Below are positions 48,966 to 58,406 of a stretch of 64,000 nt of DNA, in pieces (positions within the stretch are counted from its first letter, which is position 1; each line of letters begins with the position of its first letter). Source of the DNA: an archaeon (GTDB taxonomy: Archaea > Iainarchaeota > Iainarchaeia > Iainarchaeales > Iainarchaeaceae); NCBI GenBank assembly GCA_035289625.1, contig DATDWP010000028.1:9840-73839 (forward strand), read 5' to 3'. A program made the position numbers and the translations under genes. Below the pieces are notes generated by a model. It saw only the letters and a program-made list of their open reading frames with translations, had not been told where the DNA came from and made no database searches.

Positions 48966-49472
48966 TTAATTTCCTGCAACAATTTGCTGCAGCTGCTCAA
49001 AAGTTAGCCTTGCAACCCCTTGCTCTGAATTTATTTCACAATACCCCAATTCTTTAATGCAATCAATCCCCACAGGGTGCGAGCCATCAAGAGCGCTAAC
49101 TGAGCATGCGTATACTTTTCTGCTCTCATTCTGCTGCGCAGAACACGAACAACCCCTAACAGCCCAAGCATTGCTCCCCGCACTCTTTTTTGCCTCTGCA
49201 AGGCAATTTTTTTCAACAACAACACTATCGATCATATTCCATAACTCATCGCTGCGACTTGGACCTGGATCAGTTACAGGCGAACTCTCACTTGCCTGCG
49301 GGCTTTGCAAATCGTCAGAAACCGTTGAATTTTGCCCAGATATTGATGGGTGTGGCATTTGAAAAGTGAGGGCGAACACAACTACACCTGCAATTAAAAT
49401 TAGGGCAACAAGCGAACCGGATTGAATTATTTGTTTATTCTCTTCCAAACAATCTCCCCCGCCTTTTTGCAC
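48966..49472 (-). CDS. secreted Cys-containing hypothetical protein
   Basis: TM/signal then Ser/Pro-rich region. Confidence 0.35.
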   Translation of the reverse strand: MQKGGGDCLEENKQIIQSGSLVALILIAGVVVFALTFQMPHPSISGQNSTVSDDLQSPQASESSPVTDPGPSRSDELWNMIDSVVVEKNCLAEAKKSAGSNAWAVRGCSCSAQQNESRKVYACSVSALDGSHPVGIDCIKELGYCEINSEQGVARLTFEQLQQIVAGN

Positions 49473-50053
49473 AGCTCTTCTTCACTTTTCGAAGAATCAA
49501 GAATAATTATATTTTCAGCCGGGAAAGTTTTTTTAATTTGCAAAAAGGAAGCGCGCACTTTTTCCAAAAAATCCTTTTTTTCAAATGCCTCAAGTTGCCT
49601 TCTCTTCTTGTCCCCATTAATTCTTTGCAGCGCAACATCAACTGGAATATCCAAAATAAAAACAATATCAGGAACTGGCATCCCCACATGCAAGGCGCTG
49701 ATTTTTCCAGCAGGTATTTCTTGCAACCCTTGATAGACAAAAGTGCTGTACTTGTATCGGTCACAGAGAATTATTTTTCCCGCGCGCATTGCTGGTTCTA
49801 GCACCTTTTGCACATGCTCTTTTCTATCAGCAACATATAGGTCTAAAAATTGGCGCGCATTCACCTGCGGATCAACACTTAGAGCGAGGAGCTCTCGCAC
49901 CTTCTTGCCATAAAACCCGGAAGTAGGTTCAGCTGTGTGAACTATCGTTTCCTTCTCAAGCCCTTTTTTTAAAAGGAATTTCTCAAGACATGCAATGAGC
50001 GTCCCTTTTCCAGAACCGTCAATTCCCTCAAAGACGATAAATTGACCTTTCAT
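49427..50053 (-). CDS. tmk: thymidylate kinase
   Basis: MKGQFIVFEGIDGSGKGT P-loop; DRY-like motif; 208 aa. Confidence 0.85.
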   Translation of the reverse strand: MKGQFIVFEGIDGSGKGTLIACLEKFLLKKGLEKETIVHTAEPTSGFYGKKVRELLALSVDPQVNARQFLDLYVADRKEHVQKVLEPAMRAGKIILCDRYKYSTFVYQGLQEIPAGKISALHVGMPVPDIVFILDIPVDVALQRINGDKKRRQLEAFEKKDFLEKVRASFLQIKKTFPAENIIILDSSKSEEELCKKAGEIVWKRINK

Positions 50054-50241
50054 ACTAGTAGTAATTAGGAGTGATATTTTAACTATTTACTTCGCCGTCA
50101 GGAAAAAGCGTTTATATTTATGACCAACAGCATGTAGTAACCTTTTTTAAGGTAATCAAACCAAACAATCCTAAGCATACCCTGAAATATAAAATATTTC
50201 GGGAAAGCGGAAAAGTGCCACTCCACAAGGAATTTATTAAA

Positions 50242-50394
50242 GCGGCCGTGGTGTAGTGGTTAGCTTTAAAGGGGAACAAAGAGTTAATCCAACTAAGGCC
50301 CATAAAGCACTAGAGCCTTCCATAAACTTTTCCATTTAAAATTTGTGGGGTTCGGGGTCAGCTCTTAGCCGGGGTTCGAATCCCCGCGGCCGCA
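50242..50394 (+). tRNA. tRNA-Gly(TCC) with two introns (D-arm non-canonical ~44 nt and canonical 37/38 ~37 nt)
   Basis: Hand fold: exon1 GCGGCCGTGGTGTAGTGGTTAGC; exon2 ACTAGAGCCTTCCA (anticodon stem AGAGC, loop CTTCCA); exon3 AGCTCTTAGCCGGGGTTCGAATCCCCGCGGCCGCA; D-stem GTGT/GCAC only pairs after removing the first insert. Confidence 0.55.
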
Positions 50395-50962
50395 TTCTAA
50401 TTTTTCAATTAATTAGAAAATAATTCAAAAAAGAATCAGAATTTTAACTTGAAAATTTGGTTAAAAATTTGGGGGATCTCTCCCCCGATTGTTGCATCGT
50501 ATCACCTCCTTTTTGGTAGTTGCAAAATTCAAAAACAGAATTTTATTGCTGCAAAAAAATCACCTCCATTTTTACTGCAAAAAAAATCAATCATTTTCTA
50601 TAAATCCCCCCTACGAGGGGGAACTTTCACATACATCAATTTTCCTCCGACCCAGATCCGAACCTCGCTATCTGCTGGCAAAAGATGGCCAATCACCCTG
50701 TCAACTTTTTGCTTTTCTTTGCTTTTCATGACACATATTCGTGGGCTTTATTAAAAAGGCTCACGACCAGCAATAGCCCCATAACGGCTAATTTTAGCGA
50801 AAAAATGCCCCTATAGCTAAAAAGATGGGAAAATGAGTAAATTTTAAAAGAACTGAAGAGTTTATATAAAAGGTTTACAAATACCTGCCCAACATGACCA
50901 ATTCTGGTCAAAAATTAACAAATATGATAGGTTTTTATATTAGTTGTAAAATTTATAGTATT

Positions 50963-51691
50963 ATGGGGCGAAATCCGGAACAGGTAAATTCTCTTTCAGA
51001 AGCCGTGAGACAGGAGATAAATATCCTCCCCCACGTAAAAACAGCCCTTTCTGAAGGCATTGTAAACTACTCAGCCCTTGCAAGAAAACTCATGGACAAT
51101 CTTGGTGAAAAACTAGGAAGAAAACTCAATGAAGAGTCCTTAATAGTTGCAATCAAAAGATATGCAGATGAACTTGGCATTGTATCTAACCAGCACTCCC
51201 ACATAGAACTTTTCTCAGAAGGGGAAATTACATTACAAGACAACATGTGCTATGCGCACTTTAAGAAAAAGCCGAATGTACTCTCAAAAATCGAAAAACT
51301 CTTTGGCGAAGAGAACTGGAAGCTAGGAGAAATGCGCGTACTAATACAGGGCGCTGAACAAGTAATGGTTATAATGAAAGAGAATAGGCTAGAAGAAATC
51401 ATGGCAGAACTCTCAGATGATATAATATTTTCGCTGCGAAACAGCGCGCTTCTAACATTTAGAATGCCATTTGAATCCTTTACAACCTACGGAGTACTAG
51501 CTGAACTAACATCGCACCTTGCAAAAAAAGGGATTAGTATAGAACTACTCAGCTCTCCACCAGATATCCACTTCCTTGTTGATGAAAAGGATGCGCAACG
51601 CACCTACTCGGTTCTAAGGCAGCTAATAAACGATTCAAAAAATGCTATGGCACAAAAAGCCTCAAAACCAGCCCAAACAGTTTACAAATAA
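50963..51691 (+). CDS. ACT-like domain protein, hypothetical
   Basis: Weak ACT-like C-terminal pattern; internal Met start. Confidence 0.3.
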   Translation: MGRNPEQVNSLSEAVRQEINILPHVKTALSEGIVNYSALARKLMDNLGEKLGRKLNEESLIVAIKRYADELGIVSNQHSHIELFSEGEITLQDNMCYAHFKKKPNVLSKIEKLFGEENWKLGEMRVLIQGAEQVMVIMKENRLEEIMAELSDDIIFSLRNSALLTFRMPFESFTTYGVLAELTSHLAKKGISIELLSSPPDIHFLVDEKDAQRTYSVLRQLINDSKNAMAQKASKPAQTVYK

Positions 51692-51722
51692 TTATCAACC
51701 CCTTCAGCACTAATTTGATCAA

Positions 51723-52025
51723 ATGAAACACCAAAAAGCCCAGCAAATAGGCCTTGAGAGAATCTACCGCCTCTTTGAACTCGCGCAAGAAGAATTCACA
51801 ACCCACCCCTTGCGCAGCAAACGCTATATCGAACTTGCAATCAAAATCAGCAAAAGGGCAAGGGCAAGAATACCCCCTGAACTCAAAACAAAATACTGTA
51901 AAAAATGCGGCGCGTACCTGCAAAACGGGACGAATGCAAACATCACAAAAATTGGGGCGCTCACAGTGGTGGAGTGCAAAGAGTGCGGGCACATACGGAA
52001 AACTGGAATGAAGGCCGGAAAATGA
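51723..52025 (+). CDS. rnp4: RNase P protein component 4 (Rpp21)
   Basis: Basic helical N-terminus then zinc ribbon CKKCGAY...ECKECGH. Confidence 0.75.
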   Translation: MKHQKAQQIGLERIYRLFELAQEEFTTHPLRSKRYIELAIKISKRARARIPPELKTKYCKKCGAYLQNGTNANITKIGALTVVECKECGHIRKTGMKAGK

Positions 52026-52285
52026 AAAAACTACCTGCAAGAAAAATTGAACAAATAAGAAGAGTACTTGCAGACCAATCAATACATGGAAGAAAAGACA
52101 GATTATATACTAAGGCAGAAAGAAAAGGCCAGTCTATCAAATCCGATGTTTTCCACACACAAATTGCCGGAAAGGCGGTAACAATCAAGGCAAGGGAACA
52201 CGAACTTACTGCAAAAATTAATTCAGAAAAATTGTTTTCTCGCCATCAGAAAGCGGTTAAACAAGGAAAAATAAAGCCAATATGA
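52022..52285 (+). CDS. small basic protein, hypothetical
   Basis: ATGA overlap with rnp4 stop; no motif recognised. Confidence 0.35.
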   Translation: MKKLPARKIEQIRRVLADQSIHGRKDRLYTKAERKGQSIKSDVFHTQIAGKAVTIKAREHELTAKINSEKLFSRHQKAVKQGKIKPI

Positions 52286-52873
52286 TATAGACTCCATAGG
52301 ACAAAATTTTTATTCGCAGATGAAAAACTTGGGAGCGTAACAAAAACAATTGAAGGCGCTGGGATAAATTCTTTATTAACATTTTTATATCATCGGCGCA
52401 CATTTTTAATATCAAAAACCAACCAAAAAGAATATGAAAAAGCCGAACAATTTATTGCAAAACACCCGAATATAACTGAAGGAGAATTAGTTGAAATGCA
52501 TTCAGAATTACAGCACAATTTATTCATAACTTCTGCAGAAAAAGAAAAATTCTCTTATGATTTGATCGGAATGGATAATATCCGTATAATAGACTACAAA
52601 AACGGGGTTTTTGACATAGCACTTGTAGACCAAATCTGGTCAGGAAGAGAAAAACACTATGCAAGAAAGCTAGGCACTGCTGAGCGACCTTAAAGCCAAC
52701 CTGATAAAACCCCCAAAATGACAGTTTTATAAAGCTTTTTAGGGGAAATTACATTTACTTCTAATTCTTAAAAGTTAGGAGTTTTTCGCAATTTGCGAAT
52801 AAAACATTTCCAACTTTCTCCGAAAGGAGAGCAAAGAGCTGGAACCAAAAATCAAACCAAAAAAAGTGAAAAA

Positions 52874-53500
52874 ATGGGAATTTATGATGTGCCCGCAGGG
52901 CTCTTAATCGAAGAGGTCGCAAAAGACCTAAAAACCAAAATAAAAAAACCGGCATTTACAGACTATGTAAAAACCGGAGCGCAAGCAGAGCGCGCTCCAA
53001 ACAATCCGGATTGGTTTTACGTAAGGGCAGCTAGCGTATTATACAGAATTTATAAAGAAGGCAATAGCGGGACCGGCGCCCTTAGAACCTACTACGGCGG
53101 AAGAAGAAACCGCGGAGTACAACCCGAGAAAAAAAGAAAAGCCTCCGGAAAAATAATAAGAACATGCCTGCAAATCCTAGAAAAAGAAGGCCTACTCAAA
53201 AAGGACAAAGCCGGAAGAAAAATATCCCCAAAAGGAGAAAAATACTTATTTGAAAAATCAAGAGTAGTGCAAATAGTATTTGATGAAACACTTCTAAAAG
53301 CAAAACAAAAAGAACAAGAAGAATTTACAAAAAGAGCTGCAGCCGCGCAAAAAATAAGCGCGCCAAAAGTCGAACCTAAAAAGGACCAAAAACCCGAGGT
53401 AAAAAAAGAACAAAAACCGACAGAGCAAAATAAGGCACCGGCACAAAAAGAAGCGGCAGTGCAAAAAACACAAGAGAACAAAGGAGCCACGGAAAAATGA
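52874..53500 (+). CDS. rps19e: 30S ribosomal protein S19e with K/E/A-rich C-terminal tail
   Basis: DWFYVRAASVLYRIY...RTYYGGRRNRGVQP...IIRTCLQILEKEGLL matches S19e. Confidence 0.85.
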   Translation: MGIYDVPAGLLIEEVAKDLKTKIKKPAFTDYVKTGAQAERAPNNPDWFYVRAASVLYRIYKEGNSGTGALRTYYGGRRNRGVQPEKKRKASGKIIRTCLQILEKEGLLKKDKAGRKISPKGEKYLFEKSRVVQIVFDETLLKAKQKEQEEFTKRAAAAQKISAPKVEPKKDQKPEVKKEQKPTEQNKAPAQKEAAVQKTQENKGATEK

Positions 53501-53820
53501 ATGATGATGAACTGAGGCAGAAAAAATTAGAAGAGCTTCAGAACCAATATTCAAAAATGCAGGAGGAAGAGAAAAAACACCAAGAAGCCGAACAAAAAAT
53601 GCAGCAAATGTTAAATAGGCTCCTAGAAGAGGATGCAAAAGCTCGGCTTGCAAACGTTGCACTTGTAAATAAGGAACTTTACATGAAAGCATTCCAAGCA
53701 ATTGTTGAACTTGCACAAAAAGGATACGTAAGAGGAAAACTAAATGACGAACAGGTAAAACAAATCCTCATACAGCTAAAAAATACCAGGGAACCAAAAA
53801 TTAATATTAAAAGAAAGTGA
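53497..53820 (+). CDS. PDCD5/TFAR19-like DNA-binding protein
   Basis: Conserved position after rps19e; helical, K/E/Q-rich; ATGA overlap. Confidence 0.65.
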   Translation: MNDDELRQKKLEELQNQYSKMQEEEKKHQEAEQKMQQMLNRLLEEDAKARLANVALVNKELYMKAFQAIVELAQKGYVRGKLNDEQVKQILIQLKNTREPKINIKRK

Positions 53821-53824
53821 AAAA

Positions 53825-54130
53825 ATGGGAAGAAAAACTCAAGAAGAAAAAGACTTTCTCATATCAACGAGAAAAAAAATAGGGCCAGGAGTAACAAACG
53901 CGCCAGCATGGATACTCCAAAAAGCTGCAAAGAGGATCTGGAACAAGAAGGCAAAGCGCCACTGGAGAGAGACAAACCTTGGACAATTATTTAAGAAAAA
54001 ACAAAAAGAGCAGGGAAAAATAGAGAATATGAAAATGGCAAAGAGCGGAAGAAAAGACAAGAGCAGGCTCTACAAAAACAAAAGACTCAATAAAAGAAGA
54101 AAACTTAGCAAACAAAGAGTGATTGGATGA
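53825..54130 (+). CDS. rpl39e: 50S ribosomal protein L39e (with unusual ~50-aa basic C-terminal extension)
   Basis: MGRKTQEEKDFLISTRKKIGPGVTNAPAWILQKAAKRIWNKKAKRHWRETNLG matches L39e. Confidence 0.7.
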   Translation: MGRKTQEEKDFLISTRKKIGPGVTNAPAWILQKAAKRIWNKKAKRHWRETNLGQLFKKKQKEQGKIENMKMAKSGRKDKSRLYKNKRLNKRRKLSKQRVIG

Positions 54131-54564
54131 AAGGCGAACAGGCAAATTATGTGATCGGGCTTGAAAAAGCATTCCTCTTTCCGCCCAAAACAAGGGTGAA
54201 AAAAGCCATTACCCAAATAAGAAAGTTTGTAAAAAAGCACACACGCATGCAAAACTTTGCTCTTAGCAATGAAGTGAACGAGTACTTACACAAGCACTCA
54301 AAAAACATACCAAAAAAAATCCCCGCAACACTTCTACGAGAACCAAATAGAATAGTCATATTCTTACAAAACGGCAAAGCTCTCCCCGAATACATCAAGA
54401 AAAATGCGGAGAAGAAAAAAGAGCAAAAAGAGAGCAAAAAAGAAGAAAAAAAGGCCACAACCGAAAAAACACCTGAAAATGATACTGAAAAAAAGCTTGA
54501 AGAAAAGAAAGCTAAAGAAGATGCAGCAAAAGCGGCTGACATTAAAAGAAAAACTGGCAAGTAG
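54127..54564 (+). CDS. rpl31e: 50S ribosomal protein L31e
   Basis: RVKKAITQIRKFVKKHTRMQNFALSNEVNEYLHK and RIVIFLQNG match L31e; K/E-rich tail. Confidence 0.75.
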   Translation: MKGEQANYVIGLEKAFLFPPKTRVKKAITQIRKFVKKHTRMQNFALSNEVNEYLHKHSKNIPKKIPATLLREPNRIVIFLQNGKALPEYIKKNAEKKKEQKESKKEEKKATTEKTPENDTEKKLEEKKAKEDAAKAADIKRKTGK

Positions 54565-54574
54565 TGGGTTTTTG

Positions 54575-55237
54575 ATGAACTTTTCACGGGGGACAATCAG
54601 AAGCTCCCCATACGTAGGCGTATTCTGCACAGTAACAGAGCAACTAGCACTAGTGCCGCACTCAGTTGTACCAAAAGAAGCCAAAATGGTTGAAAACATC
54701 CTCAATGTAAAAGTGGTAAGGGCAAACATCGGAAACAGCACCCTAATAGGAGTACTATCCAAAGGGATCAAAAATAAGTTTGCAGTATCAAATTTAATTG
54801 AAGACACGGAAGTTCGCGCCCTTGAAAAAGAAGGCCTTGAAGTTCTAAAAGTACAAGGGTTCACATCCACCGGAAACCTAATAGCGCTAAATGAAAAGGG
54901 GGGAATTGCAAGCCCGCTAATTGCAGACTCTGAAATAGAAAAAATGCACAAGTTTTTTGGAATAAAATTTGAAAAAATGATGGTTGCAGGAAACGATCTG
55001 CCGGGAGCTAGCATAACAGTAACAAATAAAGGGCTTATCTGCCACCCAAATATAGCAGAGAATGAACTTTTAAAGGTTCAAAAAATACTCAGAGTAAATG
55101 GGACCCCGACAACTGCAAACTACGGGGACCTATTTGTCGGAAACAGCGTAATAGGGAATACAAAAGGAGCAATAGCAGGAAGTAACACATCCGGAATAGA
55201 GCTTTCAAAAATAGATGAAGGATTGAGAGGAGAGTAA
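54575..55237 (+). CDS. eif6: translation initiation factor 6 (aIF6)
   Basis: Internal Met of ORF 54404..55237; SPYVGVFCTVTEQLALVPHSV and repeated G-x-x-G-N pentein repeats. Confidence 0.85.
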   Translation: MNFSRGTIRSSPYVGVFCTVTEQLALVPHSVVPKEAKMVENILNVKVVRANIGNSTLIGVLSKGIKNKFAVSNLIEDTEVRALEKEGLEVLKVQGFTSTGNLIALNEKGGIASPLIADSEIEKMHKFFGIKFEKMMVAGNDLPGASITVTNKGLICHPNIAENELLKVQKILRVNGTPTTANYGDLFVGNSVIGNTKGAIAGSNTSGIELSKIDEGLRGE

Positions 55238-55239
55238 AA

Positions 55240-55425
55240 ATGGAACAAAAAACATTCACAATAAAAGGCGCATATAGTTTTAGAGGAAAACCACAAAAAT
55301 TCTCCAAAGAAATAACAGCGCACAACCAAACTTATGCAAAAGAGAAAACACTCTCAGCAATAGGTTCAAAGCACAAAATAAAAAGAAATGCAATACAAAT
55401 CCAAACAATTGAGGAAAAGAAGTGA
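55240..55425 (+). CDS. rplX: 50S ribosomal protein LX (L18Ae)
   Basis: FTIKGAYSFRGKPQKFSKEITAHNQTYAKEKTLSAIGSKHKIKRNAI matches LX; conserved position. Confidence 0.7.
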   Translation: MEQKTFTIKGAYSFRGKPQKFSKEITAHNQTYAKEKTLSAIGSKHKIKRNAIQIQTIEEKK

Positions 55426-55431
55426 AACCAA

Positions 55432-55878
55432 ATGGCCGAGAAAAGAATGAACCTGACAGGAAACCAACTTGCCCAACTAGCAAACCAGGAGAGCGGAAAA
55501 CTCAATGAAATAAACAGAAGAATCAGCTCATTCCAGAACTTCCGAAATGAACTAACAGGCGCAAAAGATGCACTAGAAGAGATCTCGAAAAATGAAAAAG
55601 GGGAAAAAATACTTGTAAACCTTGGCGCAGGAATATTTGTCCAAGCATCCCTTGAAGAGAATGCAAAAGCCATCACTTCAATTGCCGGAAATGTATTCAA
55701 GGAAAAACCAAGCAATGAACTTGCAGCATTACTTGAGAAGAAAATACAAAGCCTTGACAAATCAATTGCAAATGTAGTAGAGCAGCAGCAAAAAACAGCC
55801 TCGCGCCTTAGCCAATTAGAACAAATACTTGCAGCAGGTAGACAGGTTTTGCGCAAGGAAAAAGAAAAAAACAAATAA
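55432..55878 (+). CDS. pfdA: prefoldin alpha subunit
   Basis: Coiled coil - beta hairpin (VNLGAGIFVQASLEE) - coiled coil. Confidence 0.7.
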   Translation: MAEKRMNLTGNQLAQLANQESGKLNEINRRISSFQNFRNELTGAKDALEEISKNEKGEKILVNLGAGIFVQASLEENAKAITSIAGNVFKEKPSNELAALLEKKIQSLDKSIANVVEQQQKTASRLSQLEQILAAGRQVLRKEKEKNK

Positions 55879-55923
55879 TTCTTGCAAAAACTAAAATTTA
55901 GAAAAAAATGCAAAGTTTTACTT

Positions 55924-57252
55924 ATGTTTGATTTTCTCAAGAAAAAAATAGCTAATTTTACCGATAAATTAAAACAAACCCTGCAAAAACAACCCGCAAC
56001 GCAAGAACAAGCAGGAACTGCTCCACCGAGCGAACAAGCACTACCAACAACACAGCAACCCGCAGCAGAGCAAATCCTTTCCGAACAAACCCAAAAAGAA
56101 CAATCGACGACTCAAAGCACCGAGCAACCTACTATTGAAGCGCCACAACTGCCAGCTACCATAATTGAAAAAAGTGAAGAGAAAAAACAGCGTAAAAAAA
56201 AACAAAAAAATACTCCTCAAATTTCTAAAACGCCTGCAACGGAGCAGCAAAAACCAACTACCCAAAAACCTGAGTCAAAACCCTCACAAGAAGAGAAAGT
56301 AGATATTGCAGGGGAGCAAAAAAGCGCAATTGAAAAAGCAACACACATAAGAGAGGATGAAAAAAGGGAGCTAAAAGCAAAGCAAGGAATATTTGGAAAA
56401 ATCGCAGGAATTGTACTTGGCAAAATCAAAATAACAGAGCAAATGTCAGAAGGGTTTTTTGACGAACTAGAACTTAGCCTACTTGAATCTGATGTTGAAC
56501 AAAAAACCGCACTAGCAATTGTTGAAGAACTCAAAAAAAGGCTGGTGGGAGCAGAAATATCCTCACGCGAGGACATTAGCAAATTCCTAAAAGAGCAAGT
56601 GAGAGAGTCATTGCAAACAATAATGCAAACCAAAAAAATCGAAATACTTGCCACACAAAAAAAACCATTCACAATTCTATTCTTAGGGCCCAACGGAGCC
56701 GGTAAAACCACTTCGATTGCAAAAATTGCAAATTATTTAAAGCAAAATGGAAAATCCTCAATACTTGCAGCTGCTGATACTTTTCGCGCGGCAAGTATTG
56801 AACAACTAGAAGCGCATGCAAATGCAATCGGAATAAAAGTGATAAAACACCAATACGGTTCAGACCCAGCAGCAGTAGCATTCGATGCAATAGCTGCTGC
56901 AAAAGCAAAACACATCGATTATGTACTAATTGATAGCGCAGGAAGGCAAGAAACAAACCACAATTTAATTGAAGAATTAAAAAAACTTGAGCGCGTAGCA
57001 AAACCTGACCTCAAACTCTATGTAGGAGAAGCATATACCGGCCAAGCGCTACTTGACCAGGCAAGTGAATTTAACGCGGCAATAGGAATTGATGGGTTCA
57101 TACTAACAAAAATAGATACTGACACAAAGGGCGGAAGCGCAATTTCGCTTCTATATTCTCTGAAAAAACCAATCGTATTTGTAGGAACAGGGCAGAGGTA
57201 TTCTGACATTTTGGAATTTAAGCCCGAATTTATAATTGATAGGATATTGTGA
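55924..57252 (+). CDS. ftsY: signal recognition particle receptor FtsY
   Basis: Q/P/T-rich N-terminal low-complexity region; NG domain FLGPNGAGKTTSIAKIA, DTFRAASIEQL, LIDSAGRQ. Confidence 0.9.
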   Translation: MFDFLKKKIANFTDKLKQTLQKQPATQEQAGTAPPSEQALPTTQQPAAEQILSEQTQKEQSTTQSTEQPTIEAPQLPATIIEKSEEKKQRKKKQKNTPQISKTPATEQQKPTTQKPESKPSQEEKVDIAGEQKSAIEKATHIREDEKRELKAKQGIFGKIAGIVLGKIKITEQMSEGFFDELELSLLESDVEQKTALAIVEELKKRLVGAEISSREDISKFLKEQVRESLQTIMQTKKIEILATQKKPFTILFLGPNGAGKTTSIAKIANYLKQNGKSSILAAADTFRAASIEQLEAHANAIGIKVIKHQYGSDPAAVAFDAIAAAKAKHIDYVLIDSAGRQETNHNLIEELKKLERVAKPDLKLYVGEAYTGQALLDQASEFNAAIGIDGFILTKIDTDTKGGSAISLLYSLKKPIVFVGTGQRYSDILEFKPEFIIDRIL

Positions 57253-57326
57253 GTAAAACCCATAGTCAAAAGAAGAATAAAAATAAATTTTAATATAAAT
57301 TATAAGTTATATATTAGTGGTCTACT

Positions 57327-57698
57327 ATGCAAAAAAAAGTTTTGACAATTGTAATTGGCGGCGATATGGACAAAGATGATGCTGCGCTCTCAAGCGGCAA
57401 ACCTTTGCATAAAACCACGCAGACATCCGATATGCTATACCTTGATTCTTATGATCAGCTTTACCGGATGCTCACCCCGGAAAAATTAGATCTGTTGCAC
57501 TATCTAATGAAAACTACTATTAACAAAAAGCAAAAAAGTGTTTCACAAATAGCAGATGATCTGAAAAGAAAACAAGAAGCAGTGAGCAGGGATTTACATT
57601 ACCTGCAGAGCATCAAGCTTATTGATCTGCGAAAAGAAGGACAAAAAGTTCTTGCGAGCACCCAACTCGAAGCAATAAGCATCAAGGCAGAGGAATAA
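57327..57698 (+). CDS. hypothetical protein, possible winged-helix regulator
   Basis: Weak HTH-like segment KSVSQIADDLKRKQEAVSRDLHYL. Confidence 0.3.
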   Translation: MQKKVLTIVIGGDMDKDDAALSSGKPLHKTTQTSDMLYLDSYDQLYRMLTPEKLDLLHYLMKTTINKKQKSVSQIADDLKRKQEAVSRDLHYLQSIKLIDLRKEGQKVLASTQLEAISIKAEE

Positions 57699-57772
57699 CA
57701 ACCCCTAAAACTCAACTCTTAGGAAGACGCGAACTAGATCAAGAACCCTACAGGCAACCACAAGATTTTTGA

Positions 57773-58390
57773 ATGAGGTTACCTAATATAGATATGCCGA
57801 GTAGAAGAAGACCCAAAATTTCCCGAACTACTCGCACGGAAAAAGTTTTGGGTTTTAACCAGGACATGGTAATTAAATCTTTTAGAAGATTTTGGGAATT
57901 AGAAGGAACTGATACTACATGGAACAGGTATCAAATATGGAAAGTCCCAACAAAACCTCCAAGATATATTGTATATCTAAAAGAGCCTTGGAGAGATGAG
58001 GTGTTTGAAATTGTAAGAATGGAGGACAAAATTCAAGTTAGGTTTGTAGGGGACTTTACAAAAGATTTTGTACACCGTGAGATCAGAGACAGATCATTGC
58101 AAGGATTTGGAATCGGAAGCCTTGCAATTAGAAATTTTTTTGAAAGAGAACGGGTAATACCCCGGAAAACAAATATACAAGTTTCACAAAAAAAATCCGC
58201 TGTGAAGCTTCTTCTCAGACACGGCTATAGGTTAAACCCAGCTAAAACTCTTGTTGTCTCTCTTTTAAAGAAGCGCGGGGTTAGCACTACAGAAGAATTA
58301 GCAAAATGGGTTGAAAGGCAAGAAGAAGAGCTGCCAATTAGCATCCCCCTTATAAAAAGGTTTAGAAGGCAAAACCCCAAACCAACCTAA
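57773..58390 (+). CDS. hypothetical protein with GNAT-like motif
   Basis: RSLQGFGIGSLAI resembles GNAT motif A. Confidence 0.3.
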   Translation: MRLPNIDMPSRRRPKISRTTRTEKVLGFNQDMVIKSFRRFWELEGTDTTWNRYQIWKVPTKPPRYIVYLKEPWRDEVFEIVRMEDKIQVRFVGDFTKDFVHREIRDRSLQGFGIGSLAIRNFFERERVIPRKTNIQVSQKKSAVKLLLRHGYRLNPAKTLVVSLLKKRGVSTTEELAKWVERQEEELPISIPLIKRFRRQNPKPT

Positions 58391-58406
58391 AATTCAAATG
58401 AGAACT

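Noticed and set aside
50449-50754. 101-aa and 80-aa plus-strand ORFs
   Set aside because: Low-complexity translations of a repeat- and hairpin-rich non-coding region; treated as candidate ncRNA or regulatory DNA instead
54364-55014. 216-aa minus-strand ORF
   Set aside because: Antisense to rpl31e/aIF6; the conserved sense-strand genes explain the region
55332-55940. 202-aa minus-strand ORF
   Set aside because: Antisense to pfdA
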